DNA of 64,000 nt from Gemmatimonadales bacterium (GTDB lineage: Bacteria > Gemmatimonadota > Gemmatimonadetes > Gemmatimonadales > GWC2-71-9), in assembly GCA_052389555.1 (NCBI GenBank), contig JBQTHV010000172.1:326-64325 (forward strand), written 5' to 3'. The first letter of the stretch is position 1. Every line of letters starts with the position of its first letter. Positions 38,207-48,191 of this stretch are shown one piece after another. Both the position numbers and the translations under genes were made by a program. Under the pieces are notes generated by a model. The model did not search any database, was not told the DNA's origin, and was given only the letters and a program-made list of their open reading frames with translations.

Positions 38207-39325
38207 ATGACGACTGATCGCATTCATAATTTCAACGCGGGCCCCGGCGTGCTTCCGGAGCCGGTCCTGCATCAGGCGCAGCGGGACCTCTGGAACATCG
38301 CCGGCACCGGAATCGGGATCGCCGAGCACAGCCATCGCGGCAAACTCTTCGAGCGGATCATTGCGGAAGCGGAAGCGGAAGCCCGGGAGCTGGCGGGGAT
38401 TCCCGATGAATACCACGTGCTGTTCATCCAGGGTGGCGCGACGCTGCAGTTCGCGATGATCCCGATGAACCTGCTCCCGCCGGACGGGACCGCAGACTAT
38501 CTGGTTACCGGCACCTGGGCGCAGAAGGCGCTCGCGGAGGCGAAGAAGTTCGGCCAGACCCATGTCGCGCTCGACGGGGCTCCCGGGGGATTCACCCGGA
38601 TTCCTCCGGCGGCGGAGATTCGCTATTCGCCGGCGCCCGCCTATGTCCACTTCACCACCAACAACACGATCTACGGTACCCAGTGGAAGGGCGAGCCACC
38701 GGTCCCCGGGGTTGTGCCGCTCGTGGCTGATGCGTCGAGCGACATCTTCAGCCGCCCGATCGACGTCACGAAGTACGGCCTGATCTACGCGGGGGCGCAG
38801 AAGAACCTCGGCCCGGCCGGCATCACCATGGTGATCATTCGGAACGATCTGGTGGACGGCGGCCCGACGAGTCTCGCGACCCTGCTCCAGTACCGGACCT
38901 ACGTCAAGGAGCATTCGCTCCATAACACGCCGCCGACCTTCGCCATCTATATGGTCGGCTTGGTGCTCAAGTGGATCCGGGCAAACGGCGGACTGGCGGG
39001 CATGGCGGAGCGGAATGAGGCGAAGGCGAAGTTGCTCTACGACTTTCTCGAGGGCAGCGAGCTCTTTCGTGGGACGGTCGACGCGGGCAGCCGCTCCCTC
39101 ATGAACGTCTGCTTCCGCTCGCCGTCCGAAGAGCTCGACGCGCGGTTCGTGTCCGAAGCGGCGCACCGCGGGTTCGAAGGGCTTCGAGGCCACCGCGCCT
39201 TGGGCGGCATGCGGGCAAGTCTGTACAACGCGTGCTCCCTGGCGAGTGTCGCCGCGCTGGTGGCGTTCATGCAGGAGTTCGAGCGGGCCCATCGGGGTGC
39301 CGCCGCGGTGACGAGTGAGCGGTGA
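38207..39325 (+). CDS. serC: 3-phosphoserine/phosphohydroxythreonine aminotransferase
   Basis: 372 aa. FNAGPGVLPEPVL N-terminus and PLP-lysine region YAGAQKNLGPAG. Confidence 0.92.
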   Translation: MTTDRIHNFNAGPGVLPEPVLHQAQRDLWNIAGTGIGIAEHSHRGKLFERIIAEAEAEARELAGIPDEYHVLFIQGGATLQFAMIPMNLLPPDGTADYLVTGTWAQKALAEAKKFGQTHVALDGAPGGFTRIPPAAEIRYSPAPAYVHFTTNNTIYGTQWKGEPPVPGVVPLVADASSDIFSRPIDVTKYGLIYAGAQKNLGPAGITMVIIRNDLVDGGPTSLATLLQYRTYVKEHSLHNTPPTFAIYMVGLVLKWIRANGGLAGMAERNEAKAKLLYDFLEGSELFRGTVDAGSRSLMNVCFRSPSEELDARFVSEAAHRGFEGLRGHRALGGMRASLYNACSLASVAALVAFMQEFERAHRGAAAVTSER

Positions 39326-40163
39326 GCTGCCCACCCCGATCGTTGCGACCGCCTGGCTCGCGGCCCACCTCGGCGAGCCCGATCTCGTGGTGGTCGATGC
39401 CTCGTGGTACTTGCCGGCCATGCAGCGGGACGCCCGCGCGGAGCACCTCGCCGGCCACATTCCCGGCGCCGTCTTCTGGGACCTCGATGCGCTGAGCGAC
39501 CAGCACACCGCACTCCCTCATATGTTGCCGGACCCGGACACCCTGGCCCGCTCGATCGGCGGGTTAGGCATGGGCTCGGGCGACCGGGTGGTGGTCTACG
39601 ATGGGTCCGGCGCGAATCTCAGCGCCGCCCGGGTCTGGTGGACCTTGCGGGTTGCCGGCCACGATGCGGTGACGGTACTGGACGGTGGGCTGGTCCGGTG
39701 GCGAGCCGAAGGACGCCCGCTGGAGTCCGGCCCGGTAGAGCGGCAGCCGGCCCGGTTCCGGGTGCGGTGGCGGCCCGAGCTGGTCCGCTCGCTTTCCGAA
39801 GTGCGCGAGGCGATCGAAACCGGCACGATCCTGGTGGTTGACGCACGCTCGCGAGGCCGGTTTGCCGGAACCGAGCCCGAGCCGAGGCCGGGACTCCGCG
39901 GGGGTCACCTGCCGGGCGCCCGCAACCTCCCGTTCGCCGAGCTCGTGGACGCCGGGGGACGCCTGCTGAGCAAGGAAGAGTTGGCGAAACGTTTCACCGA
40001 GGCGGGGGTGGACCTCTCGCGGCCGATCGTGACGTCCTGCGGCTCCGGCGTAACGGCCTGTGCACTCGCGCTCGGTCTCCATGTGCTCGGCCACCGGGAC
40101 TACGCGGTGTACGACGGGTCGTGGAGCGAGTGGGGCAGAGTGGGGGGGCCGCCGATTGAGTAG
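39315..40163 (+). CDS. sseA: 3-mercaptopyruvate/thiosulfate sulfurtransferase (tandem rhodanese)
   Basis: 282 aa. Two rhodanese domains and active-site loop CGSGVTAC. Confidence 0.88.
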   Translation: MSGELPTPIVATAWLAAHLGEPDLVVVDASWYLPAMQRDARAEHLAGHIPGAVFWDLDALSDQHTALPHMLPDPDTLARSIGGLGMGSGDRVVVYDGSGANLSAARVWWTLRVAGHDAVTVLDGGLVRWRAEGRPLESGPVERQPARFRVRWRPELVRSLSEVREAIETGTILVVDARSRGRFAGTEPEPRPGLRGGHLPGARNLPFAELVDAGGRLLSKEELAKRFTEAGVDLSRPIVTSCGSGVTACALALGLHVLGHRDYAVYDGSWSEWGRVGGPPIE

Positions 40164-40168
40164 GCGAT

Positions 40169-40297
40169 GAGCTATCAGCTATCAGCTATCAGCTATCAGC
40201 TTGTTCTTCGAACCGCCGGGTTCTAAGACGACGCCGTGATCCAGCGGATAGGTCTGTTCGCTGATAGCTGATAGCTGATAGCTCGTAGCTGATAGCT
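40169..40297. repeat. zipper hairpin built from AGCTATC heptamers (family 4)
   Basis: GAGCTATCAGCTATCAGCTATCAGCTATCAGC - 60 nt - GCTGATAGCTGATAGCTGATAGCTCGTAGCTGATAGC. Confidence 0.9.
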
Positions 40298-40310
40298 TAG
40301 ATTCTCCACC

Positions 40311-40902
40311 ATGGACGAGCTCCCCGTCGCTCTCGCCGCCACCGACCGCCCGCTGCCACTCCGGCTGGTGCCGGTGGAGGATGACCGGGCTCCCGACGGT
40401 ATGGCGTGCATCGGGTCCTTTCTCGGTCCCAAGCTGGTAGCGCGGTGCGTAGTGCCGCCCGATGCGGCCGCGTTTCTACTCGAGCGGGGACTCTTTTCCC
40501 AGCCGGTGCGCCTCGCCCTCGCCGCTCGGGAAGAGCCGCCCGGTCTGCAGTGCCGGCTTTTCGCGCTGGTGGAAATCCCTCGCGATTTCTTTGCCGGGCT
40601 CGAGGAAGAAGAGGCATCACCCTGGGCCGCGAGCGTGCCCGGGACCGCTTACGATCGCATGATGGCGGGAGAAGATCGCGGGAGCCTCGCCGACTTGCCG
40701 GACAACGCTGAAGGCAGCGACACCGCAAGTGAGGAGCATCGTCAGGCGGCGGTCTTTCTCGGCCAGATCGTCCGGTTTCAGAAGGACCGGCGCCATCCCG
40801 GCGACCTCGCCCTCGAGACCATGGACGTGCTGCGCACCATTGTGCAGGGTGACGTGAGCGAAGTGGTCGACAAGGTTTTGGAAGACCTGCTGGGCCGCGG
40901 CG

Positions 40903-40925
<23 letters not shown>
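40311..40925 (+). CDS. hypothetical protein
   Basis: 204-aa ORF with GC-typical codon usage. Overlaps the icd start and has no recognised family. Confidence 0.5.
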
Positions 40926-42168
<1,243 letters not shown>

Positions 42169-42180
42169 CCTCCCGACACC

Positions 42181-42624
42181 ATGCACCGCGCCTGGGGTTC
42201 CTACCCGGACACCGTTCTCACCTTTCCGGATGTGGATCTGGTCATCGATCTGCGTCGCCCCCTGTCGCCTGCCATCCGCCGCCGGCTGGCGGAGCTCGGG
42301 CTGGGCCGACCGTTCGCGGTGATCACCGCCTGCAATCCACTGGGCACCCGGCTGGAGGAGCGCGCCAACCGGCGACTCTGCGCGGTGCTGGAGCGCCAGG
42401 TGAGCGCGCGCTATCCGGGCGCTCGTCCTGCGCAGGGCGGTTCGCCCGACGGAACCCATCGGGAACCGGGATGGGCCCTGCCGATCTCTCTCGAGGAAGC
42501 CAAACGGCTGGCCGGCGGATTCCTGCAGAACGCGGTGTTCTGGTACGACGGCGAGAAGTTCCAGGTTGTGCCGGTGCACGCGCCCTTCGAGGCGCTCACA
42601 CTCCCGGAAAGAGGTGAGAGGTAA
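42181..42624 (+). CDS. DUF3293-like protein
   Basis: 147 aa with FAVITACNP motif. The family call is from memory. Confidence 0.6.
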   Translation: MHRAWGSYPDTVLTFPDVDLVIDLRRPLSPAIRRRLAELGLGRPFAVITACNPLGTRLEERANRRLCAVLERQVSARYPGARPAQGGSPDGTHREPGWALPISLEEAKRLAGGFLQNAVFWYDGEKFQVVPVHAPFEALTLPERGER

Positions 42625-42729
42625 AAGAGGTGAGAGGTAAAAGAGGTAAGAGGTGAGAGGTGAGAGGTGAGAGGCCCGCGGGTTAGGATCCTCTCACTGT
42701 TCACCTCTCACCTCTCACCTCTCACCTCC
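42611..42729. repeat. large zipper hairpin built from GAGAGGT heptamers (family 1)
   Basis: Left arm 42611-42674 (GAGGTGAGAGGTAAAAGAGG... units), loop CCCGCGGGTTAGGAT, right arm CCTCTCACTGTTCACCTCTCACCTCTCACCTCTCACCTCC. Both flanking convergent genes end inside the arms. Confidence 0.9.
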
Positions 42730-43657
42730 TCGTCGCTGCCAACGCGCCAGCCGCGAACCCGACGAGCGTCACCCACAGGAGGTCGGCCACCAGCAGGTGG
42801 AGCAGCTGGAGTGCGACCGGCGCGAGCAGCAGGAGGTCGATCAGTCCGACGCCGAGCTGGGTCGCGACCAGGGCAGGCACCAGGCGGGCGGCGGGCTGTT
42901 CGAGCGCTTCGGGCCGCTCCCGGCCCACCAGCCACACCATCACGCTCAGGTAGATCCCGGTCACAATTGCGAGCAGCGGATGCATAACCCGGAGCCGCAC
43001 CAGGAGGTGCGCGGTGGGTGCGGTGTCGTCGCGCAGGCCCTGGGCCAGCGAGCTCGCGGGAAACAGGGTGTCGCCGAGGGCGGTGACCGCCCCCGTCATC
43101 GCGACAATGAGTACTGCCAGGAGACCTGCGCCGATCACCCAGGGAACGCTCCCACGGCGGGCCGCTGGCCCCGATTCGCCCCGTGCGCCCGGTTCGCCCG
43201 GTTGACGCCCGGCCCAGAACGCGGTAAGCGCGAGTGCCCCCAGGAGCAGGAAGGTGTTGAGCAGGTGCGCCGCGAGGTACCCGGCCCGGGCCAGAGAATC
43301 ATTCTCACCCACCAGCTCGAACAGCACGAGCCCGGCCCCGATGAGCGCTTCGACGACCACGAAGCCGGCCGCCCAACCCGCGGCGCGCCTAACCCGGTGG
43401 CCGCCCGGAAAGAGCCGCCGGGCCCACCACCACAGGCCGAAGACCAGCAGCAGCGCGATTCCGCTCGTCGCGCGATGGACGAACTCGATGAGCGTTTCCG
43501 TCGCCGGCGCGCGGGGAACCACCTCGGCGTTGCACAGGGGCCAGTGCCGCCCGCACCCCGCGCCGCTCCCGGTAGCGCGTACGAACGCACCCCAGAGCAT
43601 CACCGCCAGATTGAAAACGAGGATTCCCCAGGCGTACCGCCGGAACCGCATGCCCAA
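42722..43657 (-). CDS. ctaA: COX15/CtaA family heme A synthase
   Basis: 311 aa, 8 TM helices, N-terminal RATGSGAGCGRHWPLC motif and conserved His residues. Confidence 0.85.
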   Translation of the reverse strand: MGMRFRRYAWGILVFNLAVMLWGAFVRATGSGAGCGRHWPLCNAEVVPRAPATETLIEFVHRATSGIALLLVFGLWWWARRLFPGGHRVRRAAGWAAGFVVVEALIGAGLVLFELVGENDSLARAGYLAAHLLNTFLLLGALALTAFWAGRQPGEPGARGESGPAARRGSVPWVIGAGLLAVLIVAMTGAVTALGDTLFPASSLAQGLRDDTAPTAHLLVRLRVMHPLLAIVTGIYLSVMVWLVGRERPEALEQPAARLVPALVATQLGVGLIDLLLLAPVALQLLHLLVADLLWVTLVGFAAGALAATRR

Positions 43658-43682
43658 CTATAGCGGCGATTCCGGCGGGGTC

Positions 43683-44663
43683 CTAGTCGCGAATGCGGGC
43701 CCGCAGCTTCTCGAGCGAATCGGCGGGGAACGCGGGCGGCGCGACGAGCAGGTGGACGATCCGTCCGTCGCGCAGCTGCTGGGCCAGCACGAGGTCTCCA
43801 TAGGAGGTCGGGTAGACCACCCGCACCGTGTCGCCGCGGACTTCCAGGCGAGCGGGAATCAAGCCGGGGATCAGCTTGAGGGTGCCGTCGAGCCGGCGGA
43901 GCGCGTCGGGGAAATTCACCGGTTGTGCGGCGCCACCGAGTTCGAGCTTTACCGCGGAGAAGGCGGGTGTCGCCGGCGGCTGGGCAACTCCCGTGACGAC
44001 GTTCTCTTCCGCTCGCCGGGCTTGGTCGAGCCGGCCCATGACGCGTGGCTCGGCGGCTGGCTTGGTGGGCTCTGCGGGGGACTCGAGGTTCGGCGCTCGG
44101 CCCTCGGCAGCACGGTCAGCAGCTTGCTGGGCGGGCGGCACGTCGGCGCGGCGGCCGGACGGCTCGGCGGCTTGCCGGCTCGGCGTCGGTGGCTCGGGGC
44201 TCGGCGCTCGGCTCTCGGCCCTCGGCAGTGGGGCACTCGCAGATTCTATGGCGGCTCGATCAGCGGCCGCTTCGAGCCGTTCCGCCGGCGGAGCGGCAGT
44301 GTCCGCCAAGGACACCCGCTGCCCGCTCGGGAGCCCTCGGATCGCGTATCCTAACCCGGCTGCGGCAACCACTGTAGCGGCCCAGGCGAGTGGACCCACC
44401 AGGCGGCGAATCGCCGAGCGCCGAGCGCCGAGTGCCGAGTCCCGACTGCCGAGTGCCGGGCGCGGAGCGCCGCGCTCCGCGCGCACTGGCGGCTCGATCA
44501 CCTGGACCAAGCGGTCCGCTTCCGTCATCCACGCGCGCTCGGTGTCGAGCCGCGCGCGGCACTCCGCGCAACCCTCCAGGTGAGCCTGAATGGGAGCGAG
44601 CTCGGCGGAGGGAATCTCCCCATCGAGTAAGGCGTGCAGGGTTCCTTCATCAAGATGCGACAT
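43683..44663 (-). CDS. anti-sigma factor (zf-HC2 type), membrane-anchored
   Basis: ATG 44663. HLEGCAECRARL zinc-finger anti-sigma motif and a central TM helix. The periplasmic part is rich in repeat-encoded low complexity. Confidence 0.8.
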   Translation of the reverse strand: MSHLDEGTLHALLDGEIPSAELAPIQAHLEGCAECRARLDTERAWMTEADRLVQVIEPPVRAERGAPRPALGSRDSALGARRSAIRRLVGPLAWAATVVAAAGLGYAIRGLPSGQRVSLADTAAPPAERLEAAADRAAIESASAPLPRAESRAPSPEPPTPSRQAAEPSGRRADVPPAQQAADRAAEGRAPNLESPAEPTKPAAEPRVMGRLDQARRAEENVVTGVAQPPATPAFSAVKLELGGAAQPVNFPDALRRLDGTLKLIPGLIPARLEVRGDTVRVVYPTSYGDLVLAQQLRDGRIVHLLVAPPAFPADSLEKLRARIRD

Positions 44664-45162
44664 GCTGCTTCTCCTCGTCGCCAGCCGGGTCGGCCCGGAA
44701 CGCCTCGACCAGCCGGCGCCGGGCGCGGGCAAGCGTGGTACCGACCGCGCCCCGGGCGAGTCCCAACGTGGCGGCGATTTCGTCGTAGTTGAACCCTTCC
44801 GCCTTGAGCAGAAGGGCTTCCCGGTCCCGCGGCGAGAGCCGGTCCAGCGCGGCCCTAACCCGCGCGATCCGCTCGCTCCGGTCGAGCTCCTCGTCGGGCC
44901 AGGGCACCCGCTCGGTCAGCTCGGCCCGGTAGAGCACCAGGCGCCGATCGTGGCGCGCGGCGGTGCGGGCCTGCTCGCGGACCAGGTTGAGGGCTACCGC
45001 GAAGAGCCAGGGCCGCGGGTTATGCGGTGGCGCGGCCACCGCGCGGGCGAAGACTTCCTGGGCGATCTCCTCGGCCCGGTCGGCATCGCCGGTGCGGCGA
45101 TACAGCATCCGCACCAGCGAGTCGTGATACTGCGCGAAGAGATCGCCCAGCGGGACGGTCAT
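44650..45162 (-). CDS. ECF (sigma-70 family group IV) RNA polymerase sigma factor
   Basis: 170 aa with region 2 (EIAQEVFARA) and region 4 HTH (YDEIAATLGLARGAVGTTLARARRRL). Confidence 0.88.
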   Translation of the reverse strand: MTVPLGDLFAQYHDSLVRMLYRRTGDADRAEEIAQEVFARAVAAPPHNPRPWLFAVALNLVREQARTAARHDRRLVLYRAELTERVPWPDEELDRSERIARVRAALDRLSPRDREALLLKAEGFNYDEIAATLGLARGAVGTTLARARRRLVEAFRADPAGDEEKQHVAS

Positions 45163-47339
45163 CGGCCGTCAAACTCCGGGAGGAACCGTTCCAGCGCTCC
45201 GGCGCTCCACTGGGTCATCCCGCCTTCGGTGACCTTGAGGCTGGTTGCGCGGCCGGCGAGCACGATCGGATGGCCGACCGCCAACGCCGCGCGGAGCGCG
45301 GGGCGCGCCTTGATCACCGCGAAATAGGCCGGGCTGAACGGCGCAATGGTCACCGTCTTCATCGTGTCGCGCCAGGCCACGTCAGTCCAGGTGCCGTTCC
45401 GCAGGACCAGCACCCGGCCGCCGGCTCGCCGAACCGGACCGGCCGGCGCGCCCGAGCCGGTCCCGACGACTTCTTCCATCCGGCCGGTGGCAGCAGCATC
45501 GGCCGCCTGGAGCGAAACGCTGTTGGAAAGTGCGGCGCTCGCCTTGGCGGCGGCGAAAGCCCGTTCGCCGGTCATTCGGCGAGCTTCGGCCGCTCCGGCG
45601 GGCACGGGAGGCGCGGCGGCCACCACCCCGGGTTCTTGTACCAGGTAGGAAGTGTACTCGGTCAGAATCCCGTAGCGAAGGCCGAGTTCCCTAACCCGCT
45701 CGATCAGGGCCGGCGAGGCCCCTTCGAGGCGGATCTGCCGCGTCAGCTCGCCAATCCGGCGGGCCGCCCAGAGCGGCGGCAGGTACTCGTTGGCCGGCTC
45801 GCGCCGTGGGAAGGTTGCGGCGATGGTGAAGCGCTCGCGGCGGCCATTGCGGGTTCCTTCGATCACGACGGGGCCGCTGCCATCGCCGCGATAGCGAGCG
45901 AGGATCACCAGCTCCTCCCCATGGAAGAGATCGGGCAGGGTGGCGGGAGCCTGGTCCAGGAACCGGACCGGGGCCGCGACGATCCTGAGATCCACCAGCG
46001 CGGGGCGCGACAGCTTGGTTAACACGCTTCCCACGGCATCGCCGACATCGGCACCCGGCGGCACATAGGTCGCGCTGCCGCGGCCATCGACCGCGAGCCG
46101 ATCCAGAAGATAGGTATTCACATCAGGCCCGACGCCCACCGTAAAGATGCGGGCCGAGCCGATCCGTCCGGCGGCGCCGGCCGCAATCCGATCGGGAGCC
46201 TGCTCGCCCACGGTGGGTAATCCGTCGGTCAGGAGCAGGATCAGGGTAAGGCGCTCCGGGTCGGGGCGTTCTGACAGGGCCGCCTGCACCGCGCCCTCGA
46301 GATTGGTCCCGCCGTTAGCGGTGAGCTCGGTAACGAACCGCCTGGCCTGATCGAGCGACTCGGGCGTGGCCGGGCACCATCCCGCTTCGAACTCACGCAC
46401 GCCGTTGCTGAAGGTGATCAGGCGAAACCGGTCGCGCGACCTGAGGGAGGCGAGGGCCTGCCGCAGCGCGGCCTGGGCCTGTTCGAGCTTTTCCCCGCTC
46501 ATCGAGCCGGAGACGTCCACCACCAGGGTGAGATCGCGGCCGATCGCGTTGGTCTCCGCCGCCGGCGAGGGGGCCAGCAGGAGCAGCGCAAAGCCGTCTT
46601 CGCCGGCCGGAGCATGGGTCAGGACAGTCCCGCCCAATACCCCGCGCCGGAACGGGAGCACGAGGTCGAAGTCCCCGCGGACCGGTCGAGCGACCGTAAC
46701 CCGCAGCGTACCGTCCCGGCGCTCTTCGGAGATCTGATGGGTGGGCGAATACGGGTTGGCGAACTGGATCGCGTCCCGGATATCAACGGCCAAGGAGACC
46801 GAACCTTCACCACGATCGCCCGCGGCGTAGCGGAGCCGGAGCGCGTCGCCCTCGCGCCCGAGCAGCTGGGTGAAGCGCAGAATCATGGTGCGGGTTTCCC
46901 CGGGCTGTATGGGGAACACCTGGGCCCGGATCAGGCCGTGGCCGACCAGGGTGAGCAAGGCCGGGTCGCGCAACTTCCGGACGATGTTCTCGTAAATACT
47001 GCGGGCCTGCTCGGCGTTCATCAGTTCGCCCTTGAGCGCCCGTTCGCCCTGGAAGAGGGAGAAGTCACTGAACACCGCTTCACCGGGCAGGGGATAGAGG
47101 TAGGTCCCCTCGGCGATGACCGGACCATTGTTCCGGAAGCGCTCCAGCACCTCGAACCGCGCGACTCGACCTTCCACCACCGCGCGAACCGAGGACTCGA
47201 TTCGCACGATCTGGGAGGGCATGCGGACGTTGACCTGAGGGCGCTCGAGATCGATCCACCCCTGTGCGTGGGCCGGGCTGACGAGCCCGACGAGGACTGC
47301 AAGGGGAAGCACGGTGAACGAAGCGCGCGACATGGCCAT
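45159..47339 (-). CDS. secreted VIT domain + von Willebrand factor A domain protein
   Basis: 726 aa. Signal peptide, N-terminal VIT-like region, vWA MIDAS motif DVSGSM. The stop overlaps the ECF sigma start (ATGA). Confidence 0.88.
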   Translation of the reverse strand: MAMSRASFTVLPLAVLVGLVSPAHAQGWIDLERPQVNVRMPSQIVRIESSVRAVVEGRVARFEVLERFRNNGPVIAEGTYLYPLPGEAVFSDFSLFQGERALKGELMNAEQARSIYENIVRKLRDPALLTLVGHGLIRAQVFPIQPGETRTMILRFTQLLGREGDALRLRYAAGDRGEGSVSLAVDIRDAIQFANPYSPTHQISEERRDGTLRVTVARPVRGDFDLVLPFRRGVLGGTVLTHAPAGEDGFALLLLAPSPAAETNAIGRDLTLVVDVSGSMSGEKLEQAQAALRQALASLRSRDRFRLITFSNGVREFEAGWCPATPESLDQARRFVTELTANGGTNLEGAVQAALSERPDPERLTLILLLTDGLPTVGEQAPDRIAAGAAGRIGSARIFTVGVGPDVNTYLLDRLAVDGRGSATYVPPGADVGDAVGSVLTKLSRPALVDLRIVAAPVRFLDQAPATLPDLFHGEELVILARYRGDGSGPVVIEGTRNGRRERFTIAATFPRREPANEYLPPLWAARRIGELTRQIRLEGASPALIERVRELGLRYGILTEYTSYLVQEPGVVAAAPPVPAGAAEARRMTGERAFAAAKASAALSNSVSLQAADAAATGRMEEVVGTGSGAPAGPVRRAGGRVLVLRNGTWTDVAWRDTMKTVTIAPFSPAYFAVIKARPALRAALAVGHPIVLAGRATSLKVTEGGMTQWSAGALERFLPEFDGR

Positions 47340-47390
47340 CTCCCGGTTGAGGGTCGGACGGGAGATGCGGCTACTCGCCGAACTTACACA

Positions 47391-47510
47391 TTAGGAGTTA
47401 GGAGTTAGCGAGTAGCGAGTAGGGACAGCGGTGGCACGGCGATCTCGGTGCCCCTATTCGCTACTCGCTATTCGCTAACTCCTAGTCGCTACTCGCTAAC
47501 TCCTGATTCC
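47391..47510. repeat. zipper hairpin built from GGAGTTA and GCGAGTA heptamers (family 7)
   Basis: TTAGGAGTTAGGAGTTAGCGAGTAGCGAGTAGGG - loop - CCCTATTCGCTACTCGCTATTCGCTAACTCCTAGTCGCTACTCGCTAACTCCTGATTCC. Confidence 0.85.
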
Positions 47511-47584
47511 TGAAACAGTTGACCGGGATGCTTGAGGTCGGCTAAAATTCCCGGCTCGCAGCGGGCGCGGCGGGGAGACCCCGT

Positions 47585-47659
47585 GGTGGTTGTAGCTCAA
47601 CTGGTTAGAGCGCCGGACTGTGGCTCCGGAGGTTGCGGGTTCAAGTCCCGTCAGCCACC
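47585..47659 (+). tRNA. tRNA-His (anticodon GTG)
   Basis: Hand-folded cloverleaf. Extra G-1 opposite C73, acceptor GTGGTTG/CAGCCAC, anticodon loop CTGTGGC, T-loop TTCAAGT. No encoded CCA. Confidence 0.85.
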
Positions 47660-47702
47660 CTGGACGGGTTCTCGCTCCCAACGCGATCGGGGGGGGAGCA
47701 GT

Positions 47703-47775
47703 AGGTCCGTAGCTCAATTGGTAGAGCACCGGTCTCCAAAACCGGGGGTTGGGGGTTCGATTCCCTCCGGGCCTG
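47703..47775 (+). tRNA. tRNA-Trp (anticodon CCA)
   Basis: Acceptor AGGTCCG/CGGGCCT, anticodon stem CCGGT/ACCGG with loop CTCCAAA, T-arm GGGGG-TTCGATT-CCCTC. Confidence 0.85.
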
Positions 47776-47782
47776 CTTACGA

Positions 47783-47899
47783 CAGGAGGTAGTAAGTAGG
47801 AGGTAGTAAGAAGGGACAACGGTGGACACGGCGTGATTCTCGAGGCTGACTAGGGCCTCCGACGTCCCTACTCACTACCTCCTACTTACTACCTCCTAG
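47783..47899. repeat. zipper hairpin built from AGGAGGTAGTAAG words (family 3) inside the tRNA cluster
   Basis: CAGGAGGTAGTAAGTAGGAGGTAGTAAGAAGGGA - about 49 nt - TCCCTACTCACTACCTCCTACTTACTACCTCCTAG, between tRNA-Trp and tRNA-Glu. Confidence 0.9.
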
Positions 47900-47905
47900 C
47901 GAGAT

Positions 47906-47978
47906 GGCGCTATCGTCTAGAGGCCCAGGACACAGCCCTCTCAAGGCTGGAACACGGGTTCGAATCCCGTTAGCGCTA
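47906..47978 (+). tRNA. tRNA-Glu (anticodon CTC)
   Basis: Glu-type D-arm GTCTAGAGGCCCAGGAC, anticodon loop CTCTCAA, T-arm ACGGG-TTCGAAT-CCCGT. The acceptor has a G1-T72 wobble pair. Confidence 0.8.
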
Positions 47979-47992
47979 TGAAGAGAAGAGGA

Positions 47993-48064
47993 GGCCCCAT
48001 CGTCTAACGGTCAGGACACCACTCTTTCAAGGTGGTAATACGGGTTCGATTCCCGTTGGGGTCA
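47993..48064 (+). tRNA. tRNA-Glu (anticodon TTC)
   Basis: Glu-type D-arm GTCTAACGGTCAGGAC, anticodon loop CTTTCAA, T-arm ACGGG-TTCGATT-CCCGT. Confidence 0.8.
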
Positions 48065-48082
48065 TGATCCTGACCGACTCGG

Positions 48083-48155
48083 GCGCCGCTAGCTCAACTG
48101 GCAGAGCAAGTGACTCTTAATCACTAGGTTCGGGGTTCGATTCCCTGGCGGCGCA
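48083..48155 (+). tRNA. tRNA-Lys (anticodon CTT)
   Basis: Acceptor GCGCCGC/GCGGCGC, anticodon stem AGTGA/TCACT with loop CTCTTAA, T-arm CGGGG-TTCGATT-CCCTG. Confidence 0.85.
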
Positions 48156-48191
48156 CTTCGCCCTGATCGCCCTACACTCATCGAGGTTCCC

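Noticed and set aside
38096-39508. 470-aa ORF antisense to serC
   Set aside because: It has no family features and an Arg-rich composition. serC on the plus strand is unambiguous.
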